In this document: positions 26,168 through 37,611 of the stretch, piece after piece
Numbering within the stretch: position 1 is the stretch's first letter
Layout: every line of letters begins with the position of its first letter
Assembly (NCBI RefSeq): GCF_009914755.1
Contig: NC_060925.1
Source of the DNA: the human T2T-CHM13v2.0 reference genome, Homo sapiens
Length of the DNA: 64,000 nucleotides
Reading direction: 5' to 3' (one strand)
Notes under the pieces: generated by a model
What the model was told of the DNA's origin: nothing
What the model saw: only the letters and a program-made list of their open reading frames with translations
The model's database searches: none
Program-made: the position numbers and the translations under genes

Positions 26168-26479
26168 GGCAAGCACAGTGGCTCACGCCTGTAATCCCAG
26201 CACTTTGGGAGGCCAGGGCAGGTGGATTCCCTAAGGTCAGGGGTTCGAGACCAGCCTGCCCAACATGGCGAAACCCCATCTCTACTAAAAATACAAAAAT
26301 TAGCCGGGCGTGGTGGCGGGTGCCTGTAATCCCAGCTACGTGGGAGGCTGAGACAGGGAGAATTGCTTGAACCCAGAAGGCAGAGGTTGCAGTGAGCCGA
26401 GATTGCGCCACTGCACTCCAGCCTGGGTGACAGAGGGAGACTCTGTCTCAAAACAAATTAATTAATTAATTAATTAAAA
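26168..26479 (+). mobile_element. AluSx-like SINE; tail turned into (TAAT)n
   Basis: Full dimer; TSD ttagagaatctg at 26156-26167 and 26481-26492. Confidence 0.93.
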
Positions 26480-28351
26480 TTTAGAGAATCTGAAAATACA
26501 GAAAGTGATTTAACAAGAATAAATTTTATTTTAAACAGTAAAATTTGCTACCATGTTTTATCAATTCTTGATACTACTTTATCTTACTAGCCTCAAAGTA
26601 AAGGAGGATTGTCTACTGCAGAAAATAGCAAATATCAACCACTTTCAAGTGAATTATAACATACTACTTAATAATAAGGCAACTATTTGGGTAATTGTGG
26701 TTTCACTTAAAATATTTTGTTTGCAATATTAAAGTTATTATGTTTTATGGAAATCAATAAAATGAATTTATTGAGTGAGTTGCTCATTTTCCATCCTCTT
26801 TTTGTGTAGGATAGTATGGACAGCTCCCTAAGGAAAACTTAACTAAATGTATATTTGTGATATGTTTTTGAATCGTCTTCCTTTCCCATTAAAATGAAGT
26901 ATGTTAGGTGAATGACGCTGCGACCTGGCAGTGGAATCAGCCATATGTTGTTGATATAATGATGGAAGAATATGGACAAGTGCTATTGAAATGATCCAAT
27001 GATGCTGTTTTAGTTTAGAAAAAAAAGAAGAATATAACAGATTTTATAGCATTGGCTCTTAGCTGTATTGATTTTAACCTTGCTGTAATATAAATTATGC
27101 ACAAGGCTAAGACATTTACCCAGAGGAACTATTTTTATAGAATCTTTAAATTCAGAATCCCATTTTTATGTCATATATTCAAGGAACCAATATATGTTGG
27201 ACTTATAAAGTGTAGTGGGTACAGGGACCACTGACTTCAGGCTTTTCAATAACTGTACATAGTAAAGGCTTAAAGAAAGAATATGATTATGTGTGGTTCT
27301 GCCTTCTATGAACTTAAAGTCTAATAGAGTTACTTAGGTAAGAAATTAAGCACAACAGACTATCAGAATGACTTTATTAACATTTTGACATTGTTGCAAT
27401 TGGAGTGTAAAGGCAGTGGTTCATTTTGTTATCCAAAAGATGAATAATAAATTCAAATGTACTGTGATTTTTTTTTATCAGACTCACAAATGAGCATTAT
27501 TGTTATTATTTATCATCCTCATCTTCATCATTATAAATGGAAGACAAGGGTGTGGGATAGAAGAGTGTTGCAGGCAGAAGACAGGATGCTATGTAAGAAA
27601 AAAGTCTAGAGACATGAAAGAGTGTTCCATCTTTGTACTAAAAACCTTTTGTATAGTTAGATTTAGTTTGAGGTTAAATAAATACAATTGAAGAGAAGGA
27701 TAGAGAAGTAGCCAAGGACGGCATTATGAAAAGAATTACATGCCAACTAACAAGTTAGATACCTATCCTATTGAAAAGTATGTAACAGATTTATATTTTA
27801 AAAGATTTGTATTGTCAATGTTCACTCTTGTGACTGGGTGAAGCATGGATTGGAAAGGTTTCAAGGGGAATTAGAGGAAAAATACATATTTTAGATTTTC
27901 GTCAGTACAGCAATCTCAGTAATTTAAAAAATATATAAAAGCTCCCTAATAAACACATAAAACTGACAGATTAGATAAACAACTACCCTTTTAAGCAAAG
28001 CTAACAAGGAAGAAAGCAAAAGAAAACATCAGAACTCAAAAATGAAGCAGAAATTGAACCTTGAGATAATGGAGGATATGTGGGTAAGATAATGACAGAA
28101 GAAGAGAAAAATTCCAGTCTTGCTAACCAAGAAGTTTATAGGTTTGAATCACTGTGTAGGACATCAGGAGGGGCTTTACTGTATCTAAGTAGATAACAAA
28201 GATATTGAAAATATATAAACAAAAACGTATAAAATGCAGATAATGAAGTTGAATCGAGACGACAGGAGAGTCTCTCTCCCATCTAGAAAAAGTTTCCTCA
28301 TTGGTGGGACTGCTCAGGTGAAACAAGAAGAGTGAGAAAGTCACACACTGA

Positions 28352-28860
28352 AGCTGCACTTGCAGCAAGTATGGACAGGCCGCATGTGACTATTGAACAC
28401 TTAAAAAATGTAGCTGGGCACAGTGGTGTGTGCCTGTAACACTAGCTACTCGGGAGTCCGGGAGGCTGAGGCAGGAGAATTGCTTGAATCCAGGAGGAGG
28501 AGGTTAAAGTGAGCCGAGATCAAGCCACTGAACTCTAGCCTGGGCTACAGGCTACAGAGCAAGACCGCTTCTCAAAAAAAAAAAAAAAAAAAAGAAAAGA
28601 AAGAAAAAGGCAAAATTGAGATGGGGATAAATACATACTAGATTTCCAAGACTTGGGACAAAAATATCTATAATGGCCCCAGTAATAATATTTCCTATTG
28701 ATTACATCTGAAATTATATCTTAAATATATTGGTTTAATTAAAATATATTAAAACATTTATTCTGGCTTTTCTTTTGCTTTTGCTTTTAACAAAAAGTGG
28801 CTACATGAAAATTTGAGATTACATGTATGGCTTGCATTATATTACTGTTCAGCAGCTCTT
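28352..28860 (+). mobile_element. MER33 (hAT-Charlie) DNA transposon interrupted by an Alu monomer
   Basis: gcatgtgactattgaacactt..aaatgtagct | aattgagatg..gatttccaagactt..attgattacat..gtggctac..gattacatgtatggcttgcattatatt. Confidence 0.75.
28411..28608 (+). mobile_element. Alu single (right-arm) monomer with poly(A)
   Basis: gctgggcacagtggtgtgtgcctgta..ggaggctgaggcaggagaattgcttgaa..ctcaaaaaa; left arm absent. Confidence 0.85.
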
Positions 28861-31250
28861 TCTGAGAGAATAATCTTTTAACACTAGAGCTCTCCCCAGC
28901 TAGCACTCATATTATTATTTGTTGATAGTGTTAACACTATAAGCCACTAGAATTTAATTTATTCCTGGCTTTTGCTTTAAGATGTAAATCTTGTTTTTGA
29001 ATGCTCATTTCCAAACAGAAAATCAAACCCAAGCTAGAGAAACTATATTCTCTTTAACCATTTAAAATGACAATTGTATTATCTAATGCTATTTTATAAC
29101 TCCTTACTATATTTCTGAATTTTTACATTATTTTATATAAATTTTAATATCTGTTGATGGAAATTTCTACTAATTGATCTTATTTTCCAATTGGTTTATT
29201 TGTTCACAACCATTTGTTTTCCCAAACACACTTTAAATTAATTATGATATATTTATAATTATAAAAAATTCTATTAAGATCTTCTTTAATGGAAAGTAAA
29301 CTTAAAAATTACTTTAGAAGTGATATCTGTTGCAGTATTGATGTATTCTTCTAACAGCATAATGCATATTTCCAAAACTGTCAGTTTAGTTTTATACTCT
29401 TACATAATTTCAGTAAGTGTATTTCTTATATTTACCTAACTTATATCTTCATCTACTTTATGATTTATTCTTCTGCTTTAGACTTTTCCAACTTATGATG
29501 GAAGAAATGTTCAACTGTATTAAAAATAAGAATCTAATATTTTGTTTTATTCTACAAAAATTGAGAGCTGTCCTTCTTTCCATTAGAAATTTATTGTTAG
29601 ATGTTTATTTAGAAGAATTTTAAACACTTACTATACTTATTTTTAATGATAGGTTTCTGCTTATTTTCCTAGATCTCTAAAATATCTAGTATATAAAGTG
29701 CGTAAGTGAATATTCACTGTTATTTTTTCTTGTTTTTTATTATTTTAATGATTTAAAATGAATATATATATATATTTAAAACTGCCTGTTACCATAAAAT
29801 ACAAACAAAACTATATTTCAAAACCAAAAATATAAGAGATACATTTTAAATACTTTGGTGTGAAATACTGAAATTGATTTCCGTTTTCTGTAGTAAATAC
29901 GTTTTTAAGTATTATTGATGTTTGAGTGTTATTAAGTATTAAGTAGCTTTCTATTATTGCTACAGATATTTTACATGGGCCTCATTTTTTTCCCCATACT
30001 TATTCATTCTTGCACTTTTGAAGTCCTTTTCAGGAGTGTTTTGTGTCCATAATAATTTTCGATGGAGGGAGTGACAAGTCAGAAACCTGTGATAAGATTA
30101 CTCTTATCTGGAAATGTTCATATTTACAATGCTCTCAGAATAGTGCTTTACTCATGCTAAGTATTGCATATCTATTCAACTATTCACATATTATGCACTA
30201 TATCTATTATGTGATAGCCATATTCTGTCATGGTAGCATAAAATAGTACTTCAGTCACTCATTGGTTAATCTGATTGCTAGCACACAGCAGAATTTCAAG
30301 AGTAAGATTTTTGCTTCACTTTGAATTTCATTTATATGTACTAATTTACTACACTTGGATGCCATGTCCTAAATATTAAATAATTTGACATGGATTTCTA
30401 ATTATCAGTTATTCATAGTTCATTAAAGTAGCTAATGTTGCCTTCATGTAAAAGAAATGGAGATGTTTGTAAAAATTTCCTGCTAAAATGCACTTACCAA
30501 ATATTGGAATTATTAAAGTGACTGAATTATAATTCTTGAAATTATTAGACTAGGAAAGACTAGATATAGAATTACAAATCTGATCTCATAGGTGGAGGAA
30601 AGAAAGAATGTCAATAGCAACAGTATAAATAGATGGTATAGTCAATAGGAATGACAAAGTATAAATTCTCAAGTTTTAAAAATTCAACTGATTGGACTAT
30701 ACTTCCGAAGGGTACTAAAAGTTTAGCATATGTGAGTCAAATGATAAATATTATACTTAAGGCTAGAGGGAAAACGTAAGTTTGCTAAATGATTATTATT
30801 CTACTAAAATCATCCAGGCACAAACTCAGTGTGATACTGTTATCATAGCATGGTTTGCTTTATTTAGTGTGTCCTTTTCATTTGTCACATTGATTTGGAA
30901 AACGTATATGTAGTCTCTTAAAATTTTATACCAAGTTTATTATGTAAAGGGTGTCTTTTCTATTTGGTTTCCAAAACTTTTCACTTTCCTTCCAGTTGAA
31001 TTCCTATATTCTATAACTTCCACTTTAGCAAATCTATATAGTCTTATTTTGCTCTTATGTTTTTTCAAATGGGTTATTTTATTCAAATGAATATATTTTA
31101 TATCTTTTCAAAATGAAGAGCTTTTCAATGTGCATAATGAAGAGAACAAAAGAAGGTCTGTGTAGGATTACAGAACAGTCCATGGTCCTGGTTCATTCCA
31201 AGCTATTTCTTCCCATTTTGAGATTAACCACAAAGACAGGGCGGGGTGGG

Positions 31251-31301
31251 GGAGAGAGAGGGAGTGAGAGTGAGAGAGAGAGAGAGAAAAAGAGAGAGAG
31301 A
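31251..31301. repeat. (GA)n-rich microsatellite
   Basis: ggagagagagggagtgagagtgagagagagagagagaaaaagagagagag. Confidence 0.85.
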
Positions 31302-34111
31302 GCACGAAGAGAAAATGAACCATCTTTTATTATTGAAATGCACCTGGGACCATCAGCTATTTCTGCATTTTCATTTTTATTTCTTTGAGCTGAGAGTGAA
31401 CATTTGGAAACAGATTCACCTTGCTAAAATGCAACTTGAGATTCCAGAGATTGAAAGGCAAGTCACACTGTGATGGTCATCAAAATAGTTGATGCAGTAA
31501 GAGTTGTTCGTAGAGGAAATGTATTCACAATAAATTTTTGATTTTCAGAATTTCAAGTACTATTGAATTTATTAACTTCAAGATAAATTTAGAGTCATTA
31601 ATTTGGGGATATCAAGAATCTAAATGAAGTAAAGTGTCCTATTTTTGAAACATGATTTCAAATAAATGTTTTGTTCTAAATAAAGTTTTGACAATAAAGT
31701 TTATATTAAAAATTAAAAAAACAAAACTTTGTATTAAAAATAACCGAATTCCTAAAACAGCAGTGAGCAAAAATGGTTGTATATAGGCCAATTCAGGAAA
31801 AATTAAATATTTTTGCGCTGCATTTTTCTCATACATTGGTAACTCATGTTGTATTAACTTAGATTATTAATATAGTCGATTTCTTATGGACATTTCTTAA
31901 TAGGTGGTCATATGTGAGATATGGAAACATAAAACATGTTTATGTTTTAGTCATGTATCCTCTAAGTCTATATATCCCTGTAGAATTTGCTTGTTATGTT
32001 TATATAGATTGTATTCATGTTATTTTAGACACAATATTCAGAAAAAGGTATTGATATTACTTCTCTCCTTTCAGGAGAAACCTTGACTCAGAGCTATTAA
32101 ACACTCACTGACAGAGCACTAAAAGACTTGGAGCTAAGATAATTTTATCTTATTCAATAGGACCTTTGTGACAACACTTGCCAGGCATGAGGAGTCCCAG
32201 GATAAGACTCCAGTTATGAACTTTCTTACCTGTGGTCATGGGTCTTCTCTCTCACATGGCGGCCAGAAATAAGTTAGCTGTGCAATAAAAGAAATAGCAC
32301 TCCTGACAATTTCTTTTAAGTACAATGAAATTAATGTCCTTCAGAGTCCATTGGTAATTTGCATGTTCCTCAGATGGTTTCTGGGTGTCAAAGGGTCTGG
32401 ACAGCTGGACCTTCAAGACTCTTCTGGAAAAGGTCCTGGAGGCAACTCTGACTTTTACAGTATGTGTCTTTTCAAACATACTGTCTGTGTTTGATAAGCT
32501 TGGTCACCTTGTGGATTACTAATTGTGTATGATCAATGCCTGTTTTATATAATGTTTTAGATGTACTGTGAGTGTGTGTATCATATAATGTTAACTGATT
32601 TAGACCTCAATTTCTTAAGTTACTCGTGTTTCAACCATAAGCCATTGCATGAAATGAAATTAAATGCAGAAATACTATGGTTCATTTAGTGCTCAGTGGT
32701 GCAATAAAAAGAGGACAAATTTGTTCCAGAGAAGTCTATGTTGGAATCTTGATCTTTCAACTTAGTTTGTGATCTTGGGGAGCTTGACAAGCCACTATGA
32801 GCCTTTGTTATTTTCACCAAGAAAATGAGAATGATAATTTAAAACCTAGTGCTATTGTCAGAATTAAACAAAAAGAATATTTTCTATGATACCAGAATGA
32901 TGGTGTTTAATACTAATATAAATTTTCTGTTGAATGACCTACTATAACAGAAAGTAGTTTTTTTTAAAAAAAAATCAGCTAACTGAAGTAAGACATTCAG
33001 CTACACATATATTAGGTTGGAAGAATAATTATTTGCTTATGGTGTATTGGTTATTTTCTGTCTGAACTGTCTTTTGCTCTTAAATGCTTAGGAGTTAAAA
33101 ATAACCCAAGAATCAAGAATGGCTGTTATTATAATGTTTTGTTCTATCTGTTCTTTTTTTCTTCCATGCCATGGGGTTCTTTCTCTGTGCCCTGAGAAAT
33201 GCCTTCATGACCAACAGGAAAGCTGGCCTGGTCTGGACAATGGATTTGGTTAAGTAATAAGAAAGTATTTATAAGTTATCTAGAATAGAGCTGAGTGATA
33301 AATAGCAAAAAACACATTTTACAGATATGGTCACATAGCTAAACACAAATGAAATTCAAGTTTATAGAAAAAAACAACTAATAATATATCTAATATTATT
33401 TCACGAGTAAATGGAAACAACTTTCAAATGAAAATTTTGAACTAAAATTGTTTTCATATTGAAATAATTTTCTCCTCAAAATATTTTTAGTAATATGTGC
33501 TTCTCTGAGAGAAACAAATCTATTTACACTTGAACTAGGTATTTGAACATTTATTTTATACCATTACCTTACAACTTGTGAACTCTAGAAATGTTGTTTT
33601 ATTGACACTGGTAAAGTGCTGGAATAACTAGGTTTTCAGGATTTGAAATTAAAATAATTGTGCCGAGTGTGCTGATTATTGGTTCCTAGAATGTAGAAAG
33701 GGAAGGAGAAAGCAAGCAAGTTGCTAAGGAAATTAAAGGTTTGCTTTCTCCATGCTATGCTTTATTATCACACTGATTTTTCTGTATGTTTGCTGAAATA
33801 TTCTGATGTTTGAGAATTAGTTTATCTGAGTACTTTAATTACAATTGTGTCTCTAGTATTGGTTTCCCAAGTACAGGTAATAAACATACTACTGTCGTTG
33901 TTCTGTTAACCATAAAAAACAACTGAATAGTAAGTATCCTACCTACTTGGGTTTTCCATAAAAATAATTGAAAGAGACCTTCAAATATTTCCATTAAAAA
34001 TTCTTGGTGAATTTTCCCCAGGTTCTAACAAACTATATCAAAATAGAACTCATTTCATGGAAAAAAGGAATCCCACAGCATTTCTTTTTAATAACTGTTC
34101 AGCTACAAAAT

Positions 34112-34117
34112 TTTATT
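34112..34117 (-). terminator. Distal polyadenylation signal AATAAA of BRINP3
   Basis: tttatt on + strand; UGUA upstream (34187-34184) and U/GU-rich element downstream. Confidence 0.75.
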
Positions 34118-34194
34118 GGTATCTTTTTATGTTCCCTCTAGAGGATGTAATGCACAAAAGCATTGCCACGGAACATATAAAATTACAAATGAAA

Positions 34195-34200
34195 TTTATT
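34195..34200 (-). terminator. Proximal candidate polyadenylation signal AATAAA
   Basis: tttatt on + strand, followed on the minus strand by U-rich tttcatttgtaattttatatgtt. Confidence 0.45.
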
Positions 34201-34440
34201 GTAAAAAGTAGAATGTCTTCTAGACTGGTGTCAGTATTTATGTCATTCATAAACCAAAACTGCTGTATAATATATTCATTGTCAGCAAGTTCATGTGTGT
34301 AAATTGCCATCCAATGTTATTGACTGATATAAGACAGATATTGAAAAGACAATTTAAATTTACTCTTCCAAACATAAACTGTTCCACAAAAGCACTGTAA
34401 AAACTCCTTCAAGATTTTGGGTTGTGCTTGACATTTATGG

Positions 34441-35557
34441 TTAACTACATAATTTGGTCGTGTCATAATCCATTGTGTTTGGCAATTTGGCATTAAACGC
34501 CTGCAGAGCAGATTGGATCCTCACCACCTCACTAGTAGACAGCTTGAGTCTATGACGAAGCAAGCAAGAGAAAAGATCTAGACGACGCTGACCAGGTGGG
34601 GAGAGTTTATTTACACGGTCTCTGATCTCTAGTAGTTGCAAAAGTGCTGAATCCTGGGATCCCTGAGTATAGGGGTAGTCCAGCTGCAAAATCAGGTCCC
34701 GAATTGCTTCAGGGTCAAAGTGCATGCTGTAGCCAAACACTTGAATGTTATTGATTTTCATATAGCCCAGGTTCCGGGAAGGGTCAATAAACTCCAGAGG
34801 TTCATAGTAAATGCTCTCATTACCATTGGGACCATTGGACTTGATGCGACTTCTCAGGTAGATGTGTACTGTCTCAAAAAATGTCTTCCATTTGTTCCCC
34901 AGAGTTAATGTCCAGTTATAACACTGCAGGGGTAGGTCCAACTTAGTCCGCTCCCAGTCTGGAAAGCTGTTTTCATTCACAGGCATAAACCAGCTCTCAG
35001 AGTGGCTGCCTCCGAAGGGATTGACATAAACAGCCAACACTGGCTCCAAGGTGCTGTTTTTAGTTAAGCAAATCTGTAAAGAGAGACCCAAAATCATATG
35101 GACCAGACTTGACTTGTACTTATTGCTCTTCAAGGTGAGGAGCATCCGCTTACGCCAGGAGGGATCAAACCAGCTATTGAGGCGCATGTCATTGCTGATA
35201 AAAATGGCATGGACTTCTATTCGTCTGTCCGTTTTCTGCAGCAGATATTTCATCTCGAGATCTTGCAGGTCAGTTTCAAAGCCAATATAGTGATCGGTGG
35301 ACTCGGCGACTTCAGGCTTGCAGAGCCCCTGGCTGAGCATGTAGCCGGTGTTGCAGGTGCCGCAGCGGGTGCGGTTGTCTGGTGCGCATGTCAGGCAGGC
35401 AGAGGCGTCTCCCACTGTGCAGGGCAGGAACGCGGTGCAGACCACCTGGTCATTCGGACACGTGCACGAGTGCGTCTCTTCTGAAAAGCTGCCTAGGAGG
35501 CCGTTCTCATTGCAGTAGAGAAAAGACTGGATGCGAGTAAGCCAGTAGGTTGAGGTT
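34441..35557 (-). CDS. BRINP3: Terminal coding exon of BMP/retinoic acid-inducible neural-specific protein 3 (FAM5C/DBCCR1L): Cys-rich EGF-like segment plus BRINP C-terminal domain, 371 codons + stop, starts in phase 2
   Basis: Long ORF 34441-35646 translating to TSTYWLTRIQSFLYCNENG...FISNDMRLNSWFDPSWRKRMLLTLKSNK...LPNTMDYDTTKLCS, recognised as the BRINP3 C-terminus. Minus strand shows a polypyrimidine tract and acceptor ttcgttctgttttgtatttctag|aacc (AG at 35559-35558). Stop TAA at 34443-34441. ORF residues upstream of 35557 are intronic. Confidence 0.96.
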
Positions 35558-35580
35558 CTAGAAATACAAAACAGAACGAA
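35558..35580 (-). promoter_or_regulatory. 3' splice acceptor and polypyrimidine tract of the last BRINP3 intron
   Basis: Minus strand ttcgttctgttttgtatttctAG immediately before the BRINP-homologous coding sequence. Confidence 0.9.
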
Positions 35581-35720
35581 TCTACATAAATACAAAGATA
35601 TTCTGTGTACTGCAGTAAACCGTAGCTCAGAAATCTTTGCTATCATTTCTTCAGGTCATCTCCAGCCAGTAATTTAAATGAAATAAAAGATTCATAGAGC
35701 TCATAATTAGACTATATAAT

Positions 35721-35745
35721 ACACACACACACACACACACACACA
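35721..35745. repeat. (CA)n microsatellite ~165 bp into the last intron
   Basis: acacacacacacacacacacacaca. Confidence 0.9.
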
Positions 35746-37246
35746 GACGTGTGTATGTATATTCCATTTATCACTGCACAAAACAAGATTAGAGCTATAC
35801 TTGGTCTGAACTGCAATACATTTCTAAATATGTGATATCTTCTAAAGACATTGCATGCTATCTCATTAGTGCACATGGAAGACCATTGTAAATAAAAATG
35901 GGTCATTATTGTTTTGAAATAAGAAGAAGAAAGGTAAGTGATTTTATCATAAAATATCTGTAGGAGAATTAGAGCATATACATGGTGATTGTTCATTCAT
36001 TTACTCTTAGCTTTATAAACCACTAGTGTTGCAGGAAGGATGAATAGAAAGTAAAAGAAAAATGAAAGAAAAACAGCTCTAAATTGTCAATCAGTGTATT
36101 TAGATGCTAGGGTTGTCATCAACATTGAAAGAACAAGTACCCACTCAAAGAAATATTAAAACATGTTTATTCTTACAGGCTGCTCAAGAAAATAGTTGAA
36201 AATATCTCATTAAAATCAACAAGCTCCTTCAATAAGGGGTAAGTGTGTTAGTTTAATGTGTTTGATTTGAGTCATTAACATTTTTTTTCTCATCAGGTTA
36301 ATCATGATTCCTTTTTCAAATCTCACTTTTCTGATTTTCTCGCATTATTTAAACTATTTTGGTGTCTTAAAACCAGTAAAATAATGAGGGAAGAGCAATG
36401 GCCTTGTAATAACACAATTCCTTGTTTTCAGTTTGTTGCTTTCTCATACTGCATGTATGATCATGGGAAAAGTTGCACAGCCTCTATAACACACAGTTCT
36501 CTCATATGAAAAATGGGAATAGTAATATCGTCCATGTTGAGATTTTGTGAGAAATAAATTAAGGTCAAACTCTATGCATGTACTTAGAATATTGCAAAGT
36601 GTCTGTTTCACAGTAGATACACAACAATTCCATTTTTGGTATTCTTATGCTTTTTTGGTGTTCACATTTAATACATTTTGGATTTCCTGCAAAATATATA
36701 TGCTGTACTCAATCCTTTAAATATCTACTTACTGTTTTTCATAGTGCATTTTTCTGCTTAAGATTTTGTATTACTGTGTATTTACTTATTTATATTGTTT
36801 TTCTCATTACATATAATACCCATTTGCCAAAATCTTGTATGTTTTCTTTCATAGCTACATAACCTGTGCCCAGTAGAATGCCAGGAGATAACAAGCCTTT
36901 AATATTTATTGAATATTGAATAAAATGCATGGATTAGCCAAAGGAACATTTTCTTAAGAAGGGTATTTTTAAGTGAATTTTAAACCCTAAACTGAATATT
37001 TAATACACTTGGAAAATCCTAGCTCTGAAGTAGCAGGTAGTAAAGTAATACAACACTTTATTTGACATTTGCACAATTAAAAACACGCAAAAGCCTTTCT
37101 TGTCCAGCTTCTGTAAATGCAACTGTGTCGTATATACTCAGAATAAAAGAAAAAAATAAATCAAATCTAAGCCAACCATAAAACATTTTCCTTTTAATTA
37201 TTTCTTATACTGAAAATCACTGATTGAAATTTTAAACCTATTAGAT

Positions 37247-37611
37247 TCATGGTTTGAATATGTCCCCCAAAGTTCATGTGCTGGGAACTTGATTGTTAAT
37301 GCAGTGATATTGTGAGGTGGTATCTAATGGAATATGATGTGTCCTTGGAGAAATGCCCTCATGAACAGATTAATGCCCTTATCTTGGGAGTTAGTTTCTT
37401 ATAATTGGGCAAGTTTGGCTCCTTTTTGCTCTCTGTCTTGCCCTCTCTTTGCTCTTCCACCATGAGATGATGCAGCAAAAAGGCCCTCACCAGATGCCAG
37501 TCTTTTGATCTTGACTTTCCAGACTCCAGAAACCTGAACCAATACATTTCTGTTCATTATAATTACCGAGTCTGTGATATTCTCTTACAGCAGCATGAAG
37601 TGGACTAAGAT
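37247..37611 (+). mobile_element. MaLR LTR (MSTC/MSTD-like)
   Basis: atggtttgaatatgtcccccaaagttcatgtg...aaggccctcaccagatgcc...ggactaaga. Confidence 0.85.

Larger units (their letters stand above)
34090..34440 (-). other. BRINP3: BRINP3 3'UTR (approximate 3' end)
   Basis: AU-rich sequence following the stop codon. AATAAA at 34117-34112 is followed on the minus strand by a GU/U-rich downstream element (tgctgtgggattccttttttcc). Confidence 0.8.

Noticed and set aside
26128-26451. 107-aa and 88-aa ORFs (also 20400-20732, 55651-55932, 57104-57340, 11229-11441)
   Set aside because: Translations of Alu sequence
34720-35484. Plus-strand ORFs (62, 79, 91 aa) overlapping the BRINP3 exon
   Set aside because: Antisense shadows of a GC-richer coding exon, with no independent evidence
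35558-35646. N-terminal 29 codons (MIAKISEL...FCIS) of the 401-aa ORF as a genuine start
   Set aside because: They lie upstream of a clear polypyrimidine/AG acceptor and are intronic. The protein begins in upstream exons outside the window.
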